Shown in pieces: positions 9,462-18,373 of a stretch of DNA of 64,000 nt. Each line of letters opens with the position of its first letter. Positions within the stretch are counted from its first letter, which is position 1. The DNA is from Acidobacteriota bacterium (lineage in GTDB: Bacteria; Acidobacteriota; Thermoanaerobaculia; Gp7-AA8). The stretch is taken from contig JAFATB010000014.1 in assembly GCA_019244185.1 (NCBI GenBank), positions 672,001 to 736,000 on the forward strand, given 5' to 3'. The translations under genes were made by a program, and so were the position numbers. The notes under the pieces are model-generated. The model saw nothing but the letters and a program-made list of their open reading frames with translations, had not been told where the DNA came from and did no database searches.

Positions 9462-10244
9462 ATGATCCATTGCGCAACCTGCGGCGCGCCGCTTCCGCCC
9501 GGCGCACAGTTCTGTCCGCGCTGCGGCGCTGTCGTGGCTGCGCCGCCAGTGACGCCGTCTGCGCCGCCGCCCGTCACGCCCGCGCAGACGCCGCCCGTTC
9601 GCGCCGCGCGCGCGACGTGGTGGATCGTGCCGGCGACGATCGTGGCGCTGCTGCTCATCGCGTGGCTGCTGCTGAAGGGGATGCCGTTCGGCGGCGGCGA
9701 GGATCGCGCGACGACGACGCGCGTCGCGACGGAGACCATCGCCGAAGGCACGGCCACAACGGCGCCGCCGTCATCGACGCCGAGCGACTCCGGCACGGTC
9801 GTCGATCTCACCGAGACGCAATCGGAGACGACGCCGCCGAATGTCGCGACATCGGCGACGACTTCGACGGCAACGTCGACCGTACCGGTCACGCCACCGC
9901 CGCGGACCGCGATGGAGATCACGCCACCGCCTCCTGCACCGCGTGAAACGCCGCCGCCCGCCCCGCGTCCGGTGGAGACGACACCGCCTCCGTCGCCGTC
10001 CTCTTCAGCAGAGATCAGCGAGTCGGAGGCGGTGGCGGTGTTGCGCGGCTACGTCACCTCGCGCGACTACTACGGCATCGGCGCCGCGTGTACGAACATC
10101 ACCAGTCACGGCTACCGCAACGTCGGCTACACGATGGAAGTCTTCGACTCGTGCAGCCATCGCATGCTCGGCCGCTGGCGTGTCGATGCGAAGACGCGCG
10201 AGGTGTTCCGGCAGCAGGACGACGGGCGCTATCTGCGGCCGTAG
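9462..10244 (+). CDS. Zinc-ribbon single-pass membrane protein with Pro/Thr-rich linker
   Basis: CATCG...FCPRCG, one TM segment (WWIVPATIVALLLIAWLLL), low-complexity linker and a small C-terminal domain. Confidence 0.75.
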   Translation: MIHCATCGAPLPPGAQFCPRCGAVVAAPPVTPSAPPPVTPAQTPPVRAARATWWIVPATIVALLLIAWLLLKGMPFGGGEDRATTTRVATETIAEGTATTAPPSSTPSDSGTVVDLTETQSETTPPNVATSATTSTATSTVPVTPPPRTAMEITPPPPAPRETPPPAPRPVETTPPPSPSSSAEISESEAVAVLRGYVTSRDYYGIGAACTNITSHGYRNVGYTMEVFDSCSHRMLGRWRVDAKTREVFRQQDDGRYLRP

Positions 10245-10257
10245 TCGATTCGCGCGA

Positions 10258-10779
10258 TCACTTCTGCCGCTTGCACGTCTCCTGTGACGTCTTGATCCAC
10301 TTGCCGCCCTGCTCGATCGCGCCGGTGTGCATCATCTGCGACTCGCTCTCTTTCACGAACGTGTCGCGGCTCTGCACGGTCGTCCCGTTCATGTGCCACG
10401 GGCCGGTGAACGTGAGCGTGTTGCCCTGCCACGGGCCCGCCTCGATCGAGTAGCCGCCGATGCTGTCGACGCCGCCGAGGACGAACGCCTTCTGCTGCCG
10501 GTCGTAGCCCATGTAGCCGCTGATGGCGAACGGATGCGCGTTCTTCGGCGTGGCCGTTTCCATGTACGAGAACGCGACCCAATGTCCGTTCAGGGCCCAC
10601 GTGCCGTTCACCGTTGCCGCCGTCGCGTGCTCCGGCATGTCCTCCATCGCGAACGCGGTGCCGGTGCACTGCCATTTCCCGACGAAGTATCCGAGGGGAG
10701 CGACCGCTGGATCGGGGGCCGCGAATGCGGCCGTGGCCGCGAGGACGAGAAAAACCACTACCATCGCCTGTTTCATCAT
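10258..10779 (-). CDS. Secreted DUF1579-like beta-barrel protein
   Basis: Signal peptide; LGYFVGKWQCTG and GYMGYD...VDSIGG. Confidence 0.6.
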   Translation of the reverse strand: MMKQAMVVVFLVLAATAAFAAPDPAVAPLGYFVGKWQCTGTAFAMEDMPEHATAATVNGTWALNGHWVAFSYMETATPKNAHPFAISGYMGYDRQQKAFVLGGVDSIGGYSIEAGPWQGNTLTFTGPWHMNGTTVQSRDTFVKESESQMMHTGAIEQGGKWIKTSQETCKRQK

Positions 10780-10868
10780 TCCTCCAAGTCGTTTCGTGTG
10801 ACGCCGACTCTACGGACGGCGAACGCGGCTGGATTCGTGACGCGGAAATGCTCCTCGGCCGGCTACGG

Positions 10869-10897
10869 TTGACAGGAGGTCACCCCATCCGTATGGT
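10869..10897 (+). promoter_or_regulatory. sigma70 promoter of the tRNA pair
   Basis: TTGACA (10869-10874), 17-nt spacer, TATGGT (10892-10897), followed by a GC-rich discriminator. Confidence 0.7.
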
Positions 10898-10941
10898 GAC
10901 GCCTCGCGGGCGAACGCCCGCGCTTTGTTCGTTGAAGTCGC

Positions 10942-11016
10942 GGGCCCGTAGCTCAGTGGTAGAGCAGTTGGCTTTTAACCAATTGGTCGTAGGTTCGATC
11001 CCTACCGGGCTCACCA
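10942..11016 (+). tRNA. tRNA-Lys (UUU)
   Basis: Cloverleaf: GGGCCCG acceptor stem, anticodon loop CTTTTAA, GGTTCGATCC T-arm and encoded CCA. Confidence 0.95.
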
Positions 11017-11042
11017 CCCGGCCCGCCCCCCGCACCCCTCGA

Positions 11043-11118
11043 GTCCCCATCGTCTAGAGGCCTAGGACATCGCCCTTTCACGGCGACAACACGGGTTCGA
11101 ATCCCGTTGGGGACGCCA
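11043..11118 (+). tRNA. tRNA-Glu (UUC)
   Basis: GTCCCCA...TGGGGAC acceptor stem, anticodon loop CTTTCAC, GGTTCGAATCC T-arm and encoded CCA. Confidence 0.95.
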
Positions 11119-11371
11119 TCCCATCTTTCGCGGTTCCCGTTGGGGGACCGGCATGCTTCGCAACGTTTTCTTGTGGCGGAGCTTTGTTCGCTGAGGCTTC
11201 TCCCGTCTCTGCGGCCTCTTGCCGTTTATCCCGACGGGAAGGTGTTGTGATTGGGGCCACACCGATGCTTGCGCCAAACGTCATTTGCGACCCGGCCGTC
11301 ACGTTCATCGGCTGTTTATGTGATCGCGCGCATCTTGGAACTCTTGAAAGAGACACTCTAAAGGAGAGCCG

Positions 11372-11701
11372 ATGAAATACAGGACCATCGCAACACTCGT
11401 AGTGACTTTCGCGACGGCGATGCTGATGTTCGCCGCCGCGGGTGCGAAGCCGAAGATCACCATGAAGCAGGCGCGAGCCATCGCCCTGAAGAAAGCGCCG
11501 GGCAGAGTGCAGAGCGAGGAACTGGAGAACGAGCATGGCAAATTGATCTACTCGTTCGACATCGCAACGTCAGCCAAGCACATCACCGAGGTGAACGTCG
11601 ATGCTCTGAACGGGAGAATCGTCGCCGTACAGCAGGAGAACGCGGCGAAGGAAGCGGCGGAGAAGAAGCAGGAAGAACGAGAGAAAGCCGGCAAGCACTG
11701 A
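11372..11701 (+). CDS. PepSY domain secreted protein
   Basis: AAGGAG RBS and signal peptide; ITMKQARAIALKKAPG...ELENEHGKLIYSFDI...EVNVDALNG. Confidence 0.85.
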   Translation: MKYRTIATLVVTFATAMLMFAAAGAKPKITMKQARAIALKKAPGRVQSEELENEHGKLIYSFDIATSAKHITEVNVDALNGRIVAVQQENAAKEAAEKKQEEREKAGKH

Positions 11702-11806
11702 CGCTCGCACGGAAATCCCAATTGGGAGAAATGGTGATTGGCGTGCGGGCTGTCGCGTCCTCGTTATGACGGTCCCGCACGCCGCGTCGCTCATACGTTC
11801 GAGCGG

Positions 11807-12958
11807 TCAGGGATAGTCGAGAGTTCCTGGAAGCAGACTCAGTCCGTCACCGCCGGAACACGAATAGTTGTTCACGGGCATCCAGATCCACATGCGATTC
11901 GCACTTCCGGAAAGACTGCCGAACCACAACCCCGTACCCCAGGCATAAAGATTCGACGGTAGATTACCGATCGCGGTCGGCGAAGTCCAAACGCCGCTGG
12001 AAAGCGAGGACGAGGTCTGCCAGTAGACCGTTCCGCTCCAGTCCTGAACTCGCACCCACCAGCCCTGATTGTCGTCATGCTTCAGGTCGCCCGACCCAAA
12101 CGCGTAATTGTTCATCGAGTTGTAGATTCCGATGACATGGTCGCCGTTCGCCAGCAGGGTGCCGTCGCTGCCGTATCCGTCGTCCGACCAGACGAACTGG
12201 CCCGAGTTGTTTTCCCAGGTTCCGTTATGAAAGACCTGGCGAACCGATGGCCCAAACCCATACGCATGCGCGCTGCTGTAATCAAAGCGATACACGACCG
12301 GAGAGAGCGTGCCGGAGTTGTAATGGTAGTAACTCATGAAAACGTAGAAGTAGCCGTTCTCGTACGCGAGTTGGACCTGTCCGATTCCATTGGGGTGTTG
12401 TCCGTTCCCCACGCAGTCTCCCGCGTATTTACCGAATAAGACCGGCGTCCACGTCTCGCCCGGAGGCGGATTGACGTTGTACACGGACCAGTTGATGCCG
12501 TCATTGGAGACCGCCCAATAGATCTTTCCGTCAAAGTAGTCGGCGTTTCCCCCGCTGAACGCCATGAAATACCGGCTATCGCCCGGTACCTGTACAACGG
12601 ACGGGCTGGCGATGGGCCCGTGCACGGTGGACGAGTACCCGCACCGCGTGTAGCCGCCCATGAATTCCGGGCAATTGGTTGCGCCCATCGCGCTCCATGC
12701 ACCGCTGCTCTGATTCCGCGTCGTTCCGAAGAACGAGTCGATGTTGGTGCACGAGTTCATCGTGTTCCCTCCCTGCGTCAACAGATGGAGGTCGCCGGAA
12801 GGCAGCTTGTAGAGCGTGGGGTCGTACAGCGTTTGCCAGCTACATCCGCCGCTGCCCTGCGTGAGAGGCGTGTAAGTAGAGCCGACGTGATAGTTCTGAC
12901 CGAATACGGTCAGCGATAGTGTTAGTTCTGCGAGAAGCAACCACTTCTGTACTTTCAT
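11807..12958 (-). CDS. Secreted protein, possible GH43/GH32-like beta-propeller
   Basis: Signal peptide; YDPTLY, ASPSVV...YFMAFSG and IYWAVSNDGINW blade-like motifs. Confidence 0.5.
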   Translation of the reverse strand: MKVQKWLLLAELTLSLTVFGQNYHVGSTYTPLTQGSGGCSWQTLYDPTLYKLPSGDLHLLTQGGNTMNSCTNIDSFFGTTRNQSSGAWSAMGATNCPEFMGGYTRCGYSSTVHGPIASPSVVQVPGDSRYFMAFSGGNADYFDGKIYWAVSNDGINWSVYNVNPPPGETWTPVLFGKYAGDCVGNGQHPNGIGQVQLAYENGYFYVFMSYYHYNSGTLSPVVYRFDYSSAHAYGFGPSVRQVFHNGTWENNSGQFVWSDDGYGSDGTLLANGDHVIGIYNSMNNYAFGSGDLKHDDNQGWWVRVQDWSGTVYWQTSSSLSSGVWTSPTAIGNLPSNLYAWGTGLWFGSLSGSANRMWIWMPVNNYSCSGGDGLSLLPGTLDYP

Positions 12959-13015
12959 CCGGATACCTTTCTTTCCGCAAATGCAGTGCAGTAGGTATGC
13001 CGTCCGTTTTAGTGC

Positions 13016-13054
13016 AAAAACGACAAAGCCCTCCGTCGCCGGAGGGCTTTCGTC
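13016..13054 (-). terminator. Intrinsic terminator of the PKD-protein operon
   Basis: Stem aaagccctccg/cggagggcttt (13025-13050) followed by TTTTT on the minus strand, just past stop 13073. Confidence 0.75.
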
Positions 13055-13072
13055 AATTGCGATCTCTAGTAT

Positions 13073-15799
13073 TTACGGCGCGACGACCACGTTTCGTTCG
13101 CGTTCGATCGATGGCCGGCCCGGCTGTTCGATCTCGACGCGGACCTTGTACGTGCCGGGAGCCGCGAACGTGAACGTGGCGGTCGTGCCGCGCGGTCGCG
13201 AGTCATCCGGCAGGCGCCATTTGAAGGAGGCGCCGGACGGCGGCGGAACGTCGGACGTTGCGGTGAACGTGACCGGTGCGCCCGCGCGCGGCGACGACGG
13301 CGACCACGAGAAATCGACGCTCGTCACCGCCGTGCCGCCGCCCGTGTTCGTGCCGCCGCCGACGTTGATCACGTGCGTCGCGTGCAGCGTCGTGCTGCCT
13401 TCCTTCTCCTGCTCCAACTCCACTTCGAACGAGCCGGCGCTGGCGAACGTGAACGTCACGACGCTGCCGGTCTTGCGCACGCCGCCGGGGAACTGAAAGC
13501 GGAACACGCCACCGTTGCCGCCCGTCGCGGTGAACGTGACTTCCTGACCGGCCGCGGGACTGGCGGGCGACCACGCGAAGTCGACCGCACCGCCGCCGCC
13601 ACCGTTCGGGCTGCCGCCGCCGACGTTGACGGTGTGTCTCGCGTGCAGCGTCGTGCTGCCTTGGTGCTCCTGTTCGAGCTCGACTTCGAACGAGCCGGCG
13701 CCGGCGAACGTGAACGTCACGACGCTGCCGCTCTTGCGCACGCCGCCCGGGAACTCGAAGCGGAACACGCCGCCGTTGCCGCCCGTCGCCGTGAACGTGA
13801 CCGGTTCGCCGGCCGCGGGATTCGCGGGCGACCAGGTGAAGTCGATCGCCGACGGCGTGCCGGTCGACGGCGTGCCGCCGACGCTCACGACGTGCGTCAC
13901 CTCGCCGCCGCCGTTGCCGTCATGCTCGAGCTCGAGCTCGACTTCGAACGAGCCGGTCGACGGGAACGTGAAGGTTGCCACGGAGCCGGTCTTGCGCACG
14001 TTGCCGGGGAACTTCCACTTGAAGGAGCCGCCCGCCGTCGTGCCGGTGGCGGTGAAGGTGACTTCCTGACCGGCGGCCGGTGCGACGGGCGACCAGGTGA
14101 AGTCGATCGGACCCGTGCTCGTGCCGCCGCCGCCGTTCGCGACGACGTGGACGTCTTCCTGATCGCGCACGATCGCGCCGCTCGCGAGCGTCACGACTGC
14201 CGTGACGGCGAACTCGCCCGCGCTCGCGTACGCGTGCGTCGTCGTCGCGCCGCTGCCGGTCGTACCGTCGCCGAACGTCCACTGCACGCTGGTGATGCCG
14301 GCGGCGTCGCCGATCGAGAAGCCGACCTGTGCGCCGATGGCCGCCGTGCGCGGCGTGATGCGAATCTCGAGCTCGTGATGCCGCTCGTTCTCCTGTTCCG
14401 CCTCATGCACCGAGGTGTCGCCGGTGCGGTTGTCGACGCTCGAGGCGACGGCGGTGACGGAGACGCCGTTGTGCGTCTCGACTTCGACTTCGCCCGAATG
14501 CACCTGCGCCGCGCCGCGGCTCAGCGAGATCTGCGTCATCGCCTCGGCCTCGACGTGGAACGGCTCGACCTCCACTTCCTGTCCGTTGTCATCGAAGAGA
14601 CGCACCGTGCCGTCCGCCGCGCCGGAGTGGCCGGAGAGTGCGACGTTGAGGCGGTACGCATCGTCGCGGCGCACGCCCTGAATGCGCACCAGAGAACCGC
14701 GCACCGCGTTGTCCTGCGCGAGCAGCGCCGAGCCGTACGTCGAGCCGTCGGTGAGCGTGTTGAAGACGCGCACGGCGGAGACGACGGGGACGGTGGCGGT
14801 GATGGTCAGCGCTCCCGAGCCGTTGCCCGCGCCGACGAACGTGTTGACGTCTTCGGCCCGCACGGTGCCGCGCGCGGGAAGATCCGCGGTGGTCGTGACG
14901 AGCTGCCCGGTCGTGTTGTCGCGATATGCGAACGTCACCGTTCCGGCGACATCGGCGCGCGAGCTCACCGCGGCCGACGTGCTCCAGAACGTCGACTGCG
15001 CGCCCGGCGTACGGCCGACGACAGGGAAGAAGAGCTCCGTCGCGCCGTTGACGGACGGGATGTTGGTCGGGTCGTTCGAGAGGTTGTCGACGACGCTGGC
15101 GAGCGCGTACAGCGGCGTCGTCGAGATCCATTCGACGAGCCGGCGTGCGTCGTCCGTCGTCGAGGCGACGTCGCGTGCGAGCGCGATCTGCACGGTCGAA
15201 TGCGCCGGCACCGCGAGCTGATCGGTCGCCAGCAGCGCGCCGCTCTCGTCGCGAACGGCATACGTGACGATCGCAAGGTCACCGGTGGCGTTCGCGTACG
15301 CGACGTTCGAGCGATAGCGGCGGCTCTGGATGAGGCCACTCATCGCGCCTTCGTTCGGCAGCACGGAGGGATCGAACGACTCGTACGCGCTGCCGTACGT
15401 GCCGCCCGCGGTCGCGCTCGTGTACGTGTGCGCCGAGGCACTGACGTTGCCGTCCGAGCGGACTTCGAGCTGGCCGCCCCAGCTGGTGGGATTCGCGCCC
15501 TGAAAACTGTCGGGACGCACGGCATCGGCGAGGAGCAGCGAGCCGTTCGCGGGAAGGGTCACGGTGCGCACGACGGCCGCGCGATCGTCCGGATGAAAGA
15601 CGAGGTCGACCGAGCGCGCCACATTGTCGTTGTTCGTCAGGCTGACGTCGGTGGCCCACGACGTGCCGTTGGCGCCCGGCAGATGGCCGGCGATGGGGAT
15701 GACTCGCGTACCGGCCTGCAGCGTGAACGCCGCGGCGAGCAGGACGAGGAACGCAACGATCCAGCTTCTCTTCATGATGATCTCCTGTTTGGCTTCCAT
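13073..15799 (-). CDS. Large secreted protein with duplicated N-terminal domains and tandem PKD-like repeats
   Basis: Signal MKRSWIVAFLV (true start probably ~15775); WTFGDG PKD motif plus four DF(T/A/S)WSP...VTFTAT modules. Confidence 0.8.
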   Translation of the reverse strand: MEAKQEIIMKRSWIVAFLVLLAAAFTLQAGTRVIPIAGHLPGANGTSWATDVSLTNNDNVARSVDLVFHPDDRAAVVRTVTLPANGSLLLADAVRPDSFQGANPTSWGGQLEVRSDGNVSASAHTYTSATAGGTYGSAYESFDPSVLPNEGAMSGLIQSRRYRSNVAYANATGDLAIVTYAVRDESGALLATDQLAVPAHSTVQIALARDVASTTDDARRLVEWISTTPLYALASVVDNLSNDPTNIPSVNGATELFFPVVGRTPGAQSTFWSTSAAVSSRADVAGTVTFAYRDNTTGQLVTTTADLPARGTVRAEDVNTFVGAGNGSGALTITATVPVVSAVRVFNTLTDGSTYGSALLAQDNAVRGSLVRIQGVRRDDAYRLNVALSGHSGAADGTVRLFDDNGQEVEVEPFHVEAEAMTQISLSRGAAQVHSGEVEVETHNGVSVTAVASSVDNRTGDTSVHEAEQENERHHELEIRITPRTAAIGAQVGFSIGDAAGITSVQWTFGDGTTGSGATTTHAYASAGEFAVTAVVTLASGAIVRDQEDVHVVANGGGGTSTGPIDFTWSPVAPAAGQEVTFTATGTTAGGSFKWKFPGNVRKTGSVATFTFPSTGSFEVELELEHDGNGGGEVTHVVSVGGTPSTGTPSAIDFTWSPANPAAGEPVTFTATGGNGGVFRFEFPGGVRKSGSVVTFTFAGAGSFEVELEQEHQGSTTLHARHTVNVGGGSPNGGGGGAVDFAWSPASPAAGQEVTFTATGGNGGVFRFQFPGGVRKTGSVVTFTFASAGSFEVELEQEKEGSTTLHATHVINVGGGTNTGGGTAVTSVDFSWSPSSPRAGAPVTFTATSDVPPPSGASFKWRLPDDSRPRGTTATFTFAAPGTYKVRVEIEQPGRPSIERERNVVVAP

Positions 15800-15859
15800 G
15801 GACAGACCTCCGGCGGACGTGCCCGTGAGGAACGCCGTTCGATTCGGTTTCGGTGGTGG

Positions 15860-17002
15860 TTAGCTTGGTGGCAGCGGCAGAACACTGCCGCCGGATGAGC
15901 GATCGGCCGTGAGGCCGAGGATGTGGAGAGGGGCGGAACTGCGGATGCGGATCCCGTACGGCGCGACGACCAGACCGAACGCCTCGGTGGCCTCGCGCAC
16001 GACGGTTTGGTTGGGCTCGATGGTCAACGTGTTGACTGCATACGGCTGGCCGGCGAAGTCGAGCAGCTCGACCGTCGCCGTGACCGCGGATGCATTGAGG
16101 TTCTGCACGGCGAAGCCGTACGTCTGATGTCCGGAGCCGCGCGCGGGACCGGCGGCCCGGCGTTTCGCCGGCGCGGGGCGCGGGAAGCGCAGCGTTGCGT
16201 CGGTGTACGTCACGGGCGCGAAGAGCGGCACCGCGCGGCGGAGGAGATCGTCGTTGCTCGGCGACGACGCGGTGCGCTGATACGCAAAGTACGTCGACTC
16301 GGCATTGCCGCTGCGCGCGCGGACGCGGATGCCGCGCATGTCGGTGGAGCGCGCGAGCACGACGTCGATGCGGCTGCTGCTGATGTAGCGCGTCTCCGCG
16401 ACCTGCGACTCGGAGAGCTGGATGCGCGTGTCGGGAGTGAAGTTCACGCCGGAGATGTGCACGACGCCGCCCGCGGGGACGACCGTCTCGCCGGGCGAGA
16501 CGTCGCCGATCGTGATGACGTTCGCCACGGTCAGCGTGCCGTTCTTCAGCTCGAGCGGATACTGCACGCCTGCCGGCGTGAGGAACTGCAGCGCGCCCGC
16601 GTCGAGCGTCTGCGGAAACGTCTGTCCGCTGTGCGCGTCGGGATCGACGACGCCGGCGATGGTGAGAATCGGATAGTCGGCCGCGGTGCCGAACAACGCG
16701 GTGGGCGAGTGGATGGCGAACGTCAGCTCGTCACCGTCGACGAGCGCGACCCCGTACGTCTGCGGGTCTTCGCTGCCGAGCGCGATGCCGTGCAGATTGC
16801 TGATGCCTTTGGTTTTCACTTTGCCCTTGCCGGTCGAGATCGGCTTCGGCTCGGTGACGTCGACTTTCACCTGCACGATGCTGCCGGCGGGCGCGGACTC
16901 GTCGCGGATGCGTAGCGAGAGACCGGCGAAGCCGTCGCCGAGTGCGGCGCCTGCGCCGAGGAGCGCGGCGGCGGCAAAGAGGTATCGGATGGAGCGGATC
17001 AT
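15860..17002 (-). CDS. Secreted Ig-fold protein (cohesin-like + IPT/TIG-like domains)
   Basis: Signal peptide; APAGSIVQVKV and DVSPG...GGVVHISGVNFTPDTRI (IPT-like). Confidence 0.6.
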   Translation of the reverse strand: MIRSIRYLFAAAALLGAGAALGDGFAGLSLRIRDESAPAGSIVQVKVDVTEPKPISTGKGKVKTKGISNLHGIALGSEDPQTYGVALVDGDELTFAIHSPTALFGTAADYPILTIAGVVDPDAHSGQTFPQTLDAGALQFLTPAGVQYPLELKNGTLTVANVITIGDVSPGETVVPAGGVVHISGVNFTPDTRIQLSESQVAETRYISSSRIDVVLARSTDMRGIRVRARSGNAESTYFAYQRTASSPSNDDLLRRAVPLFAPVTYTDATLRFPRPAPAKRRAAGPARGSGHQTYGFAVQNLNASAVTATVELLDFAGQPYAVNTLTIEPNQTVVREATEAFGLVVAPYGIRIRSSAPLHILGLTADRSSGGSVLPLPPS

Positions 17003-17007
17003 GGACG

Positions 17008-17694
17008 TTATCTCCCGGGCACCGGAACTGCGACTCGAAACCGCTGGACTCCGGAGGAGGCCAGCTCATCGGAGCCGCGGCGCGCCGCGACGTCCCACAG
17101 CAAGGTCTTGCCGGGCGCACACTGCGCCACGACGTTCGGCGGTAACACGATGCGCGTTGCTGATGTTTCCGAATGCCACAGCAGCGTGCGGTCGACTTCG
17201 GTGATCTCGACGGTGTACGCCGTCGCGCCCGCCACCGCGTTCCAGCGCAGCTCGCGCGGCGCCGCGGCGAGGTCGCCGAGCGGCGCGACCGCGTCGAGGC
17301 GTCCCGTGCGATAGACGTTCGTGACGCCGGCGTCGCCGAGCGACGGCTCGCGCTTTTCCATCCACAAGCCGGCGACGATGACGAACACCGCCGCGGCGGC
17401 CGCTGCCCAGGCAAACCGCGGCGCGCGCCGGCGCGGCTCGAACGCGGTCACGTTCGCCGCGCCGTCGAGCCGCCGGTGCAATTCTGCGGCGACCCATGCG
17501 CCTGCACGCGTCTCTTCCGGCGTCGCCTCATCGCTCGTGAAACTCTGGAAGAGCGCGAGCTCGGACTGGCAGCGCGCACAGGTGTCGAGATGCTCGCGCT
17601 CGGCGGCCGTCAATGGTTCGCCGAGGCGTTCGAGGGCGAGGCAGTCGGGTGTTGCGGCGAGCGCCTCGCGCCACGCATCCCGCGGATCGTTCAT
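17008..17694 (-). CDS. Zinc-binding anti-sigma factor (ZAS), single TM, C-terminal extracytoplasmic domain
   Basis: EREHLDTCARC (HxxxCxxC), TM FAWAAAAAAVFVIVAGLW; ATGA overlap with the sigma stop. Confidence 0.8.
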   Translation of the reverse strand: MNDPRDAWREALAATPDCLALERLGEPLTAAEREHLDTCARCQSELALFQSFTSDEATPEETRAGAWVAAELHRRLDGAANVTAFEPRRRAPRFAWAAAAAAVFVIVAGLWMEKREPSLGDAGVTNVYRTGRLDAVAPLGDLAAAPRELRWNAVAGATAYTVEITEVDRTLLWHSETSATRIVLPPNVVAQCAPGKTLLWDVAARRGSDELASSGVQRFRVAVPVPGR

Positions 17695-18293
17695 GGCCGG
17701 TCTCCCCGCGCGAGGATTCGCTGCGCGGCGCGCGCGAGCTTCCGCTTCGCGCTGACGATGTACGCTTTCGCGCCGCTGCTGTTCTCGAGCCGCAGCAGGC
17801 GCGTGATCGCGTCGAGCGGCAGCTCGTCTCCGTAGTGCAGTGTGAACACGGTCCGCTCCTTCTCGTCGAGCGTCTGCGCGAGAAAGGTCTGCAGCCAGCG
17901 CGCGCGGCTGTTGCGTGCCGCGAGCTGCTCGGGATCCGGCTCCAGCGTCGCCACGTCGAGGAGCGCCTCCTCCGAATCGTCCATCGGCAGCGCGGCTCGT
18001 TTCGAGCGGTTGATCGCCTCGTTGCGCGCGATGCTGTACAGCCAGGTACCGAACTGCGAGTTGCCCTGAAACGAGTCGAGATGGCGATGCGCCTTGAGAA
18101 AGACGTCCTGCGCCAGATCGGCCGCCGATTCGCGCTCGCCCGTCAGCCGGAAGCACCAGCCGCCGACGCGCTCGTAGTAGCGCGCGAAGAGGCGATCCGC
18201 CGCCGCGCGCCTCTGCTCGGGCTTCGCGTGACGCCAGGCTGCGAACAGCTTCTCGTCCGTTTCGGGCGAGGGCGTCTGATCCATCGGTTTCAT
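17691..18293 (-). CDS. ECF RNA polymerase sigma factor
   Basis: AADLAQDVFLKAH, FQGNSQFGTWLYSIARN (region 2) and region 4 ERTVFTLHY; start at 18293 or 18284. Confidence 0.9.
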   Translation of the reverse strand: MKPMDQTPSPETDEKLFAAWRHAKPEQRRAAADRLFARYYERVGGWCFRLTGERESAADLAQDVFLKAHRHLDSFQGNSQFGTWLYSIARNEAINRSKRAALPMDDSEEALLDVATLEPDPEQLAARNSRARWLQTFLAQTLDEKERTVFTLHYGDELPLDAITRLLRLENSSGAKAYIVSAKRKLARAAQRILARGDRP

Positions 18294-18373
18294 TATAGTG
18301 AGCGCTTCGCATGATTCCCGGTCTCGTTCCCTTGAGACAACGCGCAGGTCTCCGGCGGAACAGAAATCTTTCG

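Noticed and set aside
11711-11730. ggaaatcccaattgggagaa as an attR copy of the tRNA-Glu 3' end
   Set aside because: Similarity is too short and imperfect; more likely a small hairpin after the PepSY gene, and no integrase is present.
13373-15898. Long opposite-strand or alternate-frame ORFs (e.g. 13373-15898 +, 22622-25147 -, 28312-30408 +, 30518-33511 +)
   Set aside because: Shadows of real genes in high-GC DNA: Arg/Ala-rich, motif-free and overlapping well-supported CDSs.
16140-16190. Basic PAKRRAA segment in the Ig-fold protein as a lineage-specific sorting motif
   Set aside because: One internal instance only; cannot be supported from this window.
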